A stretch of DNA of 64,000 nucleotides, taken from Nitrospirota bacterium. Lineage in GTDB: Bacteria; Nitrospirota; UBA9217. Where the stretch lies: assembly GCA_963749655.1 (NCBI GenBank), contig CAVVOB010000021.1:50786-114785 (forward strand). Direction: 5' to 3'. Position numbers and translations under genes: made by a program. The notes below the pieces were generated by a model, which had not been told where the DNA came from, did not search any database, and was given only the letters and a program-made list of their open reading frames with translations. Each line of letters opens with the position of its first letter. The first letter of the stretch is position 1. Below, in pieces: positions 1 to 10,092 of this stretch.

Positions 1-703
1 GGCCGCGCACCATGTACTCCCGGCCGGACCATTCCACCACCCGGCCTTCGACGTCGCGGTTGCTCCTGCCGGACCGCCTCCATGATCTTCGATGAGCGAC
101 AGCTTGTAGGCGAAGAGCCGGTTCGGGATCGACGGTGATCTGGTACTGCTTCACGAACCCGCCCACGCTCGCGACCTGGGACACGCCGGGCACGGATTCG
201 ACAGCGTATTTGAGGGTCCAGTCCTGGAGCGAGCGGAGCTGGGCAAGGTCGTGCTTGCCGGTCTCGTCGACGAGCGCTACTGGAAGCCCCAGCCCACGCC
301 GGTCGCATCGGGACCGAGCACGGGCGTCACGCCCGCGGGGAGCCTGCCGGGCACGCCCTGGAGATATTCGAGGACGCGGCTCCGCGCCCAGTAGATGTCG
401 GTGCCGTCCTCGAAGATCACGTACACGAAGGACAGGCCGAGGAAGGACTTGCCGCGCACCACGCGCACCTTGGGCGCCGAGAGCATGGACGAAACGATGG
501 GATAGGTGATCTGGTCCTCGACCAGGTCCGGGCTCCTGCCTGCCCATTCGGTGAAGACGATCACCTGCGCGTCGGACAGGTCGGGGATCGCGTCGAGCGG
601 CGTATGGTACACGGCCCAGACGCCCCAGCGCGGTCAGGAAGACGACAGCGAGAAAGACGAGGAACTTGTTCCGGGCGGATAGTTCGATGATTTTTGCTAA
701 CAT
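1..703 (-). CDS. cusA: CusA/CzcA family heavy-metal efflux RND permease, N-terminal part (runs off the window; apparent frameshifts near 631 and 278)
   Basis: ATG at 703 gives [17 protein letters not shown] 277-612 carries the CusA motifs [40 protein letters not shown] and [10 protein letters not shown]. The sequence continues in another frame as [20 protein letters not shown]. Confidence 0.9.
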   Translation of the reverse strand, partial: MLAKIIELSARNKFLVFLAVVFLTALGRLGRVPYAARRDPRPVRRAGDRLHRMGRQEPGPGRGPDHLSHRFVHALGAQGARGARQVLPRPVLRVRDLRGRHRHLLGAEPRPRISPGRARQAPRGRDARARSRCDRRGLGLPVALVDETGKHDLAQLRSLQDWTLKYAVESVPGVSQVASVGGFVKQYQITVDPEPALRLQAVAHRRSWRRSGRSNRDVEGRVVEWSGREYMVRG

Positions 704-714
704 TGATGACACCA

Positions 715-825
715 TTTTATTAGTTCGGAGTTCATTAGTTCCACAACCCAAAACTCACCACTCAAAGACTTATAACTCTCTACCGCCCTTGTTCCCCAAC
801 TCAAAACTCAAAACTTGAAACTCCG
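715..825. repeat. Degenerate heptamer-periodic intergenic repeat (AAAACTC-type)
   Basis: ctcaaaactcaaaacttgaaactc at ~800-823, plus related units at ~720-780. Confidence 0.6.
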
Positions 826-832
826 CACTGCC

Positions 833-1996
833 CTATTGCCCTGTCCTCAGCTGGCTCTCGGAGTCGATCAGGAAGTTGCCGGACGTCACGACGCGTTCGC
901 CCTTCTTGATGCCTTTCAGGACCTCGACGTACTTTTCCCCGCGCACGCCGAGCGTCACGGTGCGCATCTCGTACACGCCGGGTTTTTTCTCGACATACAC
1001 GATCTGGCGCGTGCCGGAATCGATCACCGCTTCGCGGGGAATGACGAGCCTCGATCCCGAGGAAACGATTGATCTCCACGTTGGCGAACATCTCCGGCTT
1101 GAGGAGCAGACCGGGATTCTTCATCGCAATCCGCACCTTGACCGTTCGGCTCACGGGGTCGAGGACCGGGTAAATATAGTTCACCTTGGCGCGGTAGCGC
1201 CTCGCCGGAGGAGTACGGCAGGGTCACGATGCGCGGTCTGGCCCGTCCTCACCAGGGGCACCTCGTACTCGTAGATATCGGCGATGATCCAGATGGACGA
1301 AAGGTCCGCGATCTTGTAGAGGTTCATCCCCGGCGGTGACGTAGGCGCCGTCGAGCACCATCTTGTCGAGCACGATGCCGTTCAGCGGCGCCTCGATGGT
1401 CATGTCGGTCTCGGGCTTGCCGGTCTTTTCGAGCTCGTCGATCTGCTGCGTCAGTGATGTCCCAGAGCTGCAGCCGCCGCTTCGCCGACTGCGAGCAGCT
1501 CATTGCGCGACGACTCGAGCTCCCCCAGATCGCCGGTCCCGGTCTGCGACGACCGCACGGACCGGAGCGCGATCAGATATTCCTCCTGGGCGGTCACGAG
1601 GTCGGGACTGTAGATCGAAAGCAGCGGCTGCCCTTTCTTCACTTCCTTGCCCGTATAATCGACAAAGAGCTTCTTCACCCATCCCGCGATCTTGGTGTTC
1701 ACGAAGGCCAGCCGCGTCTCATCGGGCTGCGACTTTGCCGACGGTGCGGATGCTGCTTGTCCAGAGGACGCGCTTCGGCAACGGCCGTGCGCACGCCGAT
1801 CAGCTGCACCTTGTCCGGCGATAGGGTGATGATGGGAGCGGGCGTCTCCTGCTTCGGTTCCCGACCCCCTCGCAGCCGCTGCCTTGCCCTGCTGCTGCCC
1901 TGCATGGCCCGCATGCTCCTGGGCAAAGGCCGTTCCGACCGAGATGAAAACGACGAGTGAAAGGGCAAGCGACGATGCGTAGATGCGTGCAAGCAT
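833..1996 (-). CDS. cusB: CusB-like efflux RND periplasmic adaptor subunit (several apparent frameshifts)
   Basis: Consecutive ORF fragments give a signal peptide + QEHAGH, then ITLSPDKVQLIGVRT, GWVKKLFVDYTGKEVKKGQPLLSIYSPDLVTAQEEYL, YIYPVLDPVSRTVKVRI..LKPEMFA and VVTSGNFLIDSESQL. Lies between the TolC-type gene and cusA. Confidence 0.88.
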
Positions 1997-2084
1997 GCGA
2001 TAATGCGCGCAAACTCGCTCCCTATTCCTCTTTCCGCATTCGCACCCCTGCCCCTTGCCCCTTGCTGCTGGACCTGTCTTTTCA

Positions 2085-2118
2085 ATATTCCGAATTCCGC
2101 AATCCGCAATTCGCAATT
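2085..2118. repeat. Heptamer-periodic repeat (ATTCCGC/AATCCGC-type)
   Basis: attccgaattccgcaatccgcaattcgcaatt. Confidence 0.65.
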
Positions 2119-2119
2119 T

Positions 2120-3367
2120 CTACTCATGTTCTTCTCCCGTAATCTCATGAAGCATAGACAGCGTCTTATTGAGGTTCACGATCTCCTCCTGCTCCATGAG
2201 CTGGTATTTAAGCAGCATGTTCTCGCTCTCGACGAGCGACAGGAAGTCGGTCTTGCCGACCTGGTAGTTCGACGTAGCGGACTGGAGCGCCAGCCTTGCC
2301 TGCGGAATGATCCCCATCTCGTAGAGCTGCAGGTGGTGCTCCGAGGTGGTCACCGCGGAATAGAGGTCCCGGACCCGGGCGATCGTGTCGAGCCGCTCGG
2401 CGTCGTATTCGTGTTGCGCTGCACTGAGGTCCGCGGAGGCCGCGTGCACGCCCGCCGACTTGTTCCAGAAGTAGAGCGGAACTCTGAACATGATGCTCGC
2501 CTGCCAGACGTTCGACTTCTCGCCCCGGTCGAACACGCCGCCGGAGACGACCATGTCGGGCAGAAATTCCCTGCGGCTCAGGGAAAGGTCCTCGCGGCTC
2601 TGCTCCACCATGAGCTTCTTCCCCTGCAACGCAGGGGCATGGTTCAGCGCCCGGTCGGCCAGCTCGTCGACGGACATGAGCATGGCCTTCGCCGGCAGTT
2701 CGGCAGGCTTACCCAGGGGGGCCCGGGGATCGCGGCCCGCCAGCTTGTTGATGCGCGTCGCCTGGGTCGCTTTCTTCAGGTCCTCCTCGGCGATCCGGTC
2801 GAGGAGCATGGACACCTCAAGCTGCGCCCGGATCACGTCCTGCTGGGTCCCTACACCGGTCGCGTAGCGAGTTTCTGCGATGCGCTGAAAGTTCTTCATG
2901 AGCTCCTTGGTCTGGTCCAGGATCTCGGCAGAGCGATGGGCGAGATAGTAGTCGTAATAGGCCTGGCGCAGCTCGTTCAGCACCTTGAGCTGTGCAGCGC
3001 GGACCGACTCGTGCATCTGCTCCGCCTCCTTTCCCGCAGCGCGGCCTTTGGTCCCGAGCTTTCCAGGAAAGGGAATCTCTTGGGTGAAGACAACGCCCTG
3101 CATACTCATATCTTCCGAGCCCACGCTCCACGAGAACGGAGCCCCCACATTCTGTACCATGTAGCCGATCATGGGGTCGGGCATGGCGGCGGCAACAGTC
3201 TTCTTGTCGTCGGCAGCCTCGGCCTTCCTGGCTGCCGTAAGTATTTCGGGATTGTTCCCGAGCGCCTCCTGCTCCAGATCTGAAAGCGAGAGCAGCGCCT
3301 CGTCGGCATGGACGCCGGAGGGAATAAGAAATAGAGCTATCACGGCAGAATTCAGGATTGTTCTCAT
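2120..3367 (-). CDS. TolC family outer membrane efflux protein (CusC-like)
   Basis: 415 aa with a signal peptide and OEP-like repeats (QEIPFPGKL, RYATGVGTQQDVIRAQLE, YQVGKTDFLSLV). First gene of the cus operon. Confidence 0.9.
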   Translation of the reverse strand: MRTILNSAVIALFLIPSGVHADEALLSLSDLEQEALGNNPEILTAARKAEAADDKKTVAAAMPDPMIGYMVQNVGAPFSWSVGSEDMSMQGVVFTQEIPFPGKLGTKGRAAGKEAEQMHESVRAAQLKVLNELRQAYYDYYLAHRSAEILDQTKELMKNFQRIAETRYATGVGTQQDVIRAQLEVSMLLDRIAEEDLKKATQATRINKLAGRDPRAPLGKPAELPAKAMLMSVDELADRALNHAPALQGKKLMVEQSREDLSLSRREFLPDMVVSGGVFDRGEKSNVWQASIMFRVPLYFWNKSAGVHAASADLSAAQHEYDAERLDTIARVRDLYSAVTTSEHHLQLYEMGIIPQARLALQSATSNYQVGKTDFLSLVESENMLLKYQLMEQEEIVNLNKTLSMLHEITGEEHE

Positions 3368-3750
3368 CTTCAGGGCCTCCTCGCCGTATTTTGCAAAGTC
3401 CGGGCCATGGGGAGAGCAAAATAATACGACATAAATTCAATTACTTGTAGACAAGGCTGCAGTCCACCTTTATCATGCTGAAGCCTCTGCTTTACTCTCT
3501 GTAGTATTTGAGACAGCAGGAGGGTGTTTGAATCAGCTTTCGAAGATAATTTTACCAGAAAATCCAGCTGTCAGTGGGCGGCATGCATCCGTCAGCTTGC
3601 AGCGAACAGATTCAAAAAACAAGGGAAATGGATAAATGCGGAATTCGGAATGGGTAATGAAAATACGTACTGGCAGTCGGACAAACCGAGGCTTTAGAAT
3701 CTTTGAGTTTTAAGCCGAACGCTGACCGCTGGCTGCTGATTTTACTGCGG

Positions 3751-3791
3751 AAAAAACAACCGGCCGTACCGGCTTGTGCCCGATACGGCCG
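3751..3791 (-). terminator. Intrinsic terminator-like hairpin
   Basis: Minus strand reads CGGCCGTATCGG-gcacaag-CCGGTACGGCCG followed by GTTGTTTTTT. Confidence 0.65.
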
Positions 3792-4085
3792 TATCGCGGG
3801 GGGGTAACCGCACGATTATAGGGAGGATTCGCCTGCATCCATATTGCAGCAGGATCAGAGTATAGTTATTGATACCGTAAATATAGCAGAATGTAAATCA
3901 CCCGGGCGGGGTATTTTCAGGGTAGATGGAATCGGGCAGGAGGCCATTCTGAATTGTGGATTACGAGAACCAGCTAACAGGCGAAGCTTACGAGCTGTTC
4001 AGCTTACATGCCAACCAGCTTGTCGGCTTGCCAGCTTGTACGTTTGCTTCATTCCGCATTCCTCATCCCGCAGTGCGTAACACTG

Positions 4086-5093
<1,008 letters not shown>

Positions 5094-5384
5094 TCAGCGG
5101 TCTATGTCAGCTGACTAGCTTGGTTCATTAACCTGCGCTGAAAGCCGAAGCGGGATTGCTGGCATTCTTCATTTTTGCATTCCACATCTGGAGAGCCTTT
5201 TGTTTGACTGTGATTCGTTGCAAGCTGAGTGCTGATAGCCAACACTGTCCGAAATATACTCTAATCGTGGCGGAAATACAAGGGGAGGGGGCTCTGTTTA
5301 AAAAGGCAGCTGTTAGTGATCAGTCGTTCGTTTGTCAACTCGATTCCTCTACTCGATCGCCTGGCACTCTCCCTGAGACCTCTG

Positions 5385-5765
5385 TTACTGCGGCTCTCTG
5401 TTTTGCAGCCTTAGTTCAGGCAGACGCTTCAGCGATTCCCCTGTCACGCGCAAACGCTTTTTAATTCCTTTAGGCAGCGGATCGATCGCGACCCTGCTTC
5501 CCGAGCTCTTCAGGCTGCCGTCTTTTGCATGCACAGCGTAGTTCCAGTACCCGCTCTTTTCTTCACGCACGATTGTATAGCCGTCGGCAGTCTCCCAACC
5601 GTGCATGCGTTCGTCGCCCCAGAGCACGGCGCAAAACGTTGTTCCGTCGGGCTGTGACAGCTCGCGGACTCCGGGAAACGCGGGAACGGCGTGCGAATTC
5701 TTCGGCCAGGGTACTACGAGTACAAATACGAACATTATGAGAGCAGCGGCTGCAAAATGCCTCAT
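5385..5765 (-). CDS. Small secreted protein resembling the N-terminal pro-region of M6 (immune inhibitor A-like) metalloproteases
   Basis: Signal peptide followed by AVPAFP..QPDGTTF...GDE..H...TADGYTI....GYWNYA. No HExxH catalytic domain. Confidence 0.65.
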   Translation of the reverse strand: MRHFAAAALIMFVFVLVVPWPKNSHAVPAFPGVRELSQPDGTTFCAVLWGDERMHGWETADGYTIVREEKSGYWNYAVHAKDGSLKSSGSRVAIDPLPKGIKKRLRVTGESLKRLPELRLQNREPQ

Positions 5766-6632
5766 TGTTGTGACCCCTGTGCCGGGCGCGATCCCACCCC
5801 TTTGTGCTCATAGAACAGATCGCGCTTTCGGCACTTCCATGCGTCATCCTGTCAAAGGGAACCCCAAGTCCAGTCCAAAGCTTCCTACGCGATCCCGTAG
5901 GACTTATACAGATAGCTAGAAAAAGTGGCCTCTGAAAACGGTATTAGCAAAAGAGCGCCCTCGGGAGCCTGAGGATATCGCTCGTGTGCAATGTGTTGCG
6001 TAATTACAAATTCAAAATTATGACGGCTTGCTACTTGCCCATTGCCACTGGACCCTTGCGTTATTGATTCCGCACTCCGCAATTAGTTTTTTCTCTCCCT
6101 TTCTTCATTATACACGGCACTGCAGGTGATGCGCCAATCCCCACCACTCCCGAACCTGTCTCCAGCTTGCCAGTACCACAGTTTAAAACAGTCATTTCGA
6201 GCAGTGATAACGGCATTTCCTTATCTCCGAGCGACTGCCTGTTTTTTATCAGGATGATTACAAACAGAATCAACGATGTCGACCTTTGATTTCGCCCTAT
6301 GAAGGAGTGACGAATATCGCTGCGGAAGGGATCGGGGCTGCAAATGACCATACGGAGACAGAGGGAGCATCTTGTCTGACATCAAGTCGATAAACCGGCC
6401 AGATGTAGAGTCAGAAGACATATGCTTTATCCTGAATGCGCTCTAAAAGCGGCGGTCTAAATGCACCGCAATGAAAATGACAGGGAGATGCTGCAAATCA
6501 ACACCGACCAAGAAAGACAGAAAAACAAAGCAGGTTTTTTCAACGCAGGATCGCTCTCTTCGTTTAAAATCTTGAGTTTTTTGTGTGCATCTCCGGGAGG
6601 CGATCGAGGGAAGGAATGGTTAAACCCGGCGG

Positions 6633-7502
6633 CTACTTTCCCATCTTGGCGAGCCTACCTTTGGCGATTTCAGCTTCGTTCGTTCCCGGATGCTCCTTGA
6701 TCACCTTGTGAAAATACTCTTTTGCTTTGGCTGAGTTCTTTTCGCCCAGGTAGGAAAGTCCTATTTTAAGCTTGGCTCCTGCGACCTTGTCGCTCCGGGG
6801 ATAGGTCTTGATGACTTTGCTGAAAGCGTCGACGGCTTTTTTGAAATCATTCTTGGAATAATAACATTCTCCGATCCAGTACTGCGCCATGGCCGCCTGG
6901 CTGGCTTCGGGGAACTGAGTGATATAATTCTGGAACCCTGCGAGCGCAAGATCGAAGTTGCCCGCGTCGTAATCACTCTTCGCCTGGCGATAGGCGTCTG
7001 AGGGTTCGATGGTTTTGGGAGGCGCTTGTTTCTCGAAAGCCGCCGATCCGGTCTGTCCCGAGACTGCGCCCGCTGCAGCGCCGGCCTGCTTCAGTTTCTG
7101 CTCGAGTGCTTCGACCCGCGCGGTGAGCTCGACAACCTTGACCCCGCGGTCGTCGACCTTCTGCGCAAGCTCGGCGATCCGATAGTTATTCTCTTCGAGC
7201 TTGCCTTGGAGCAGCTGGATATCGGTCAGCAGCTGGTCGGATTTTGCCCCGTAGTCCGCCATGACCTTCTGCACATCGACCGTTCCCTTGAGGTTCGCGT
7301 CGAGGCTGTCGACATGCTTCTGGAGCGCCTGCACGTCCTTGTCCAGGCGCTTCTGAATATCCTGGACTCGCTGTTTCGTCGTATTCACGTCGTCGCGCAG
7401 GCCGGTCATGTCAGATCTCGTCTTGACCAACTCGGCCTGCGGCGCGCATGCCGAGACCAGAAACAGGACAGCGAAAACAGCAATTGAGCGGCTGATCGTC
7501 AT
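6633..7502 (-). CDS. cpoB: Tol-Pal system protein YbgF/CpoB
   Basis: Lipobox LVSAC, coiled coil, C-terminal TPRs (AQYWIGECYY, AKLKIGLSY). Directly downstream of pal. Confidence 0.92.
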   Translation of the reverse strand: MTISRSIAVFAVLFLVSACAPQAELVKTRSDMTGLRDDVNTTKQRVQDIQKRLDKDVQALQKHVDSLDANLKGTVDVQKVMADYGAKSDQLLTDIQLLQGKLEENNYRIAELAQKVDDRGVKVVELTARVEALEQKLKQAGAAAGAVSGQTGSAAFEKQAPPKTIEPSDAYRQAKSDYDAGNFDLALAGFQNYITQFPEASQAAMAQYWIGECYYSKNDFKKAVDAFSKVIKTYPRSDKVAGAKLKIGLSYLGEKNSAKAKEYFHKVIKEHPGTNEAEIAKGRLAKMGK

Positions 7503-7597
7503 GGGGACCTTTCGCGCAGAGGGAAGATAAAAAGCTGCCGGAACGGGATTACGGGGACCGTAGGAGCACGGCCCGCTTTTCCCGCTCCGGACGTCGG

Positions 7598-8149
7598 CTA
7601 CTCGGCAGCAACGAAATCGTTACGCCGGTTCTTCTGCCAGCAATCCTCCGTGCCTTGTGTGCAGACGGGCTTTTCCTTGCCGTAGCTGATGAGCGAAATA
7701 CGCTTGCCCGATATGCCCAGGTCGGTGAGGTACTTCTTGGCGCTCGCTGCGCGACGCTGGCCGAGGGCCTGGTTGTACTCTATCGTGCCGCGTTCGTCAC
7801 AGTTTCCCTCGATCTTGACCTTGGCCTTGGGATTGGCCTTGAGCCAGTCGGCATTCGCCTTCATGACCGCCTTGGCATCGTCGCGGACAAAGGATTTGTC
7901 GAAATCGAAATAAATCGGCTGCAGGCCTGCCTGGGCGGCCGGGGCCTGTTCCTTCACCTCTTCAGCGGGCTTGGCCGCTTCCGGCGCAGGCGCTGCCGGC
8001 TGCTCGGCTTTCGGTTCTTCCTTCGCAGGCGCGGTCTCGGCGGGCGTCTCGGGAGCGGTGGTCACTTCAGCCTTCTTGGGACATCCCCAGAGAACAAAGA
8101 CACTTAACAATAAAATGATCGGAACATTCATACGAAAGATGCGTTTCAT
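7598..8149 (-). CDS. pal: Peptidoglycan-associated lipoprotein
   Basis: Lipobox LWGC; IYFDFDKS, IEGNCDERGTIEYNQALGQRRA, ISYGKEKP, NRR. Confidence 0.96.
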   Translation of the reverse strand: MKRIFRMNVPIILLLSVFVLWGCPKKAEVTTAPETPAETAPAKEEPKAEQPAAPAPEAAKPAEEVKEQAPAAQAGLQPIYFDFDKSFVRDDAKAVMKANADWLKANPKAKVKIEGNCDERGTIEYNQALGQRRAASAKKYLTDLGISGKRISLISYGKEKPVCTQGTEDCWQKNRRNDFVAAE

Positions 8150-8355
8150 GAGCTCCTCCTCTGTGATTCCATCATTTTTTCATCCGCAAAAATACGCACA
8201 TGAGCATGCTTATTCCCGTCTTTAAAATATCATAGGCCTCCTCCCTTGTCAACCTTTGTCAACGGGAAACAGGGCCGCATCTGTTCGCTTTCGTTGATGC
8301 ATACCTGCGATACAAAAAAGCAGCGGTCAGTAAAAGCAGCGTCAGCTTTTGAACT

Positions 8356-8864
8356 CTACCATCGATTTTCATGCACCCGCGAGGCATCAAATCGGTCAGT
8401 CGCAGTCCTGGTTTCCTCGGGAAAACCCAGCGGGACTAGGGAAAAGGGAACAACGGTTTCCGGCAGCAAAAAAGCTTGCGAAAGTTCGCGACACGGTCAT
8501 CGGTCGGGTAGACACCGCACCACACCGCGCCCAGGCCCTTTGCATGGGCCGCGAGCAGCATGTTCTCCGTTGCCGCCGCACAATCGAGCACCCAGTGACC
8601 GGCGTAACGTTCCAGGGCCGTATCGCCGCAGACGAGAATGGCGACCCGGGCATGCTTCAGCATCGCCGAGTAGGGATGGAATTCCATAATCTTGCCGAAG
8701 ATCGCGGGATCGGAAAGGACAATGAAATGCCACGGCCGCTCATTGCCCGCTGACGGCGCGCTCATCGCGGCTTTCAGGACGTCGTTGACGGCGTCAGGGG
8801 ACACCTGCTTTGCCGCGTAGAGCCGTATGCTGCGTCGCGTAAATATCGCCTCGAGTGCGTCCAT
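8356..8864 (-). CDS. Nitroreductase family protein (apparent 1-base deletion in the A-run at 8468-8473)
   Basis: MDALEAIFTRRSIR, APSAGNERPWHF, DCAAATENMLLAAHAKGLGAVW. Adding one T restores LLPETVVPFSLVPLGFPEE...RFDASRVHENRW-stop at 8356. Confidence 0.9.
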
Positions 8865-8995
8865 GGTGCACCTTCCTTTCAAGAGCTGCTGTCAGCGGCC
8901 AGCCGTCAGCTTTCAGCTTGAACCAAGAAGAGACAAAACTCCTGATTTTTTACTGCTTGCATCGATCTATGCTTTGACACAAGCTGACCGCTGCT

Positions 8996-10060
8996 TTACC
9001 CCATGAAACACTGCGGGTCGTCGGCAAGAAAGTCCTCTCCGCCTTGAGCGCGGGAATAGGCATAAGCGATCGCCCTGCAGCCCCTGCAGAGCGCCCAGCG
9101 GCTGCAGCTCCCGCATTTCCCCGTGTATCTCTTCCGGTCCCTGAGCGCCTCGAGCACGGGAGAGGCGGCCCAGACCTCCCGCAGGGAATCGCGCCTGACA
9201 TTGCCGAGCGAAAGGGGAAGCCGTCTGCAGGGCAGCACGTTGCCGTTCGGTTGAATGGTCAGCCCCGACACACCGGCTGCGCAGCCGCTTACCGCCGTCG
9301 CGCCCGCGTCTCCGTTCGCGGCGATCTTCATCTGCGCCGCGACGGGATCGCCGGTAGTAATATCGAGGTTGACGATCTCCAGGGACAGGAGCGACTGGTA
9401 CAGCTCCCGGAGCGGCTCACGGTCGAGCATGCAGGACATCAGCGTCCGTCCCTTTCCCGAGGGAACCAGGCGGGAGAACCCGATGCGCTGCACGCCGGCA
9501 TGGGAGCCGAAGGCCACGACTTTTTTCGCCTGGTCCGCGTTCAGGCTCGAGAGTGTGATATTGAGGGTCACGGCGAGGCCCGCGTCGACGAGCCGCTCGA
9601 TCCCCGCTGCGGCAGCGGAAAAGCTTCCCCCACCACGGATGGAGTCGTGAACATCTTCCGGACCTTCGATACTCACCTGCACGCCCTTGACGCCGAGGTC
9701 CGCGAGCTTCCGGGCGCGCACCTGGTCCACGAGCGTCCCGTTGGTCAGGAGGAACACGTCGAATCCGGTGTTTTTGATCTCCGCGAGAATGTCGAACAGA
9801 TCGTGCCGCAGGAACGGCTCTCCTCCCGTTACATTTATGCTTCGGGTAAAAGCCATATCGTAGGTCTCGGACCATGCATCGACCAGGTCCGCGGCCTCAT
9901 GCAGGGCTTTCCGGATTTCCGAAAGGGACATCTCGTCGATGCCGCGCTCGCCCTGGTAGCAGTGCCGGCACCAGAGGTTGCAGCGTTCGGTGAGATGCCA
10001 CTGAAAAAAGAAATCAAAGGGCTTGTGGTCTGGCTGACCGTTATGACGGTTAGTAAGCAT
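8996..10060 (-). CDS. Radical SAM/SPASM domain protein, putative peptide maturase
   Basis: QWHLTERCNLWCRHCY (CxxxCxxC), TGGEP, LTNGT. SPASM cysteines in GCAAG...NGNVLPC...GKCGSC....CRGCRA...DPQC. Confidence 0.93.
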   Translation of the reverse strand: MLTNRHNGQPDHKPFDFFFQWHLTERCNLWCRHCYQGERGIDEMSLSEIRKALHEAADLVDAWSETYDMAFTRSINVTGGEPFLRHDLFDILAEIKNTGFDVFLLTNGTLVDQVRARKLADLGVKGVQVSIEGPEDVHDSIRGGGSFSAAAAGIERLVDAGLAVTLNITLSSLNADQAKKVVAFGSHAGVQRIGFSRLVPSGKGRTLMSCMLDREPLRELYQSLLSLEIVNLDITTGDPVAAQMKIAANGDAGATAVSGCAAGVSGLTIQPNGNVLPCRRLPLSLGNVRRDSLREVWAASPVLEALRDRKRYTGKCGSCSRWALCRGCRAIAYAYSRAQGGEDFLADDPQCFMG

Positions 10061-10092
10061 GATTGATGGCAGTTAATGCGATTCCGGAAAAG

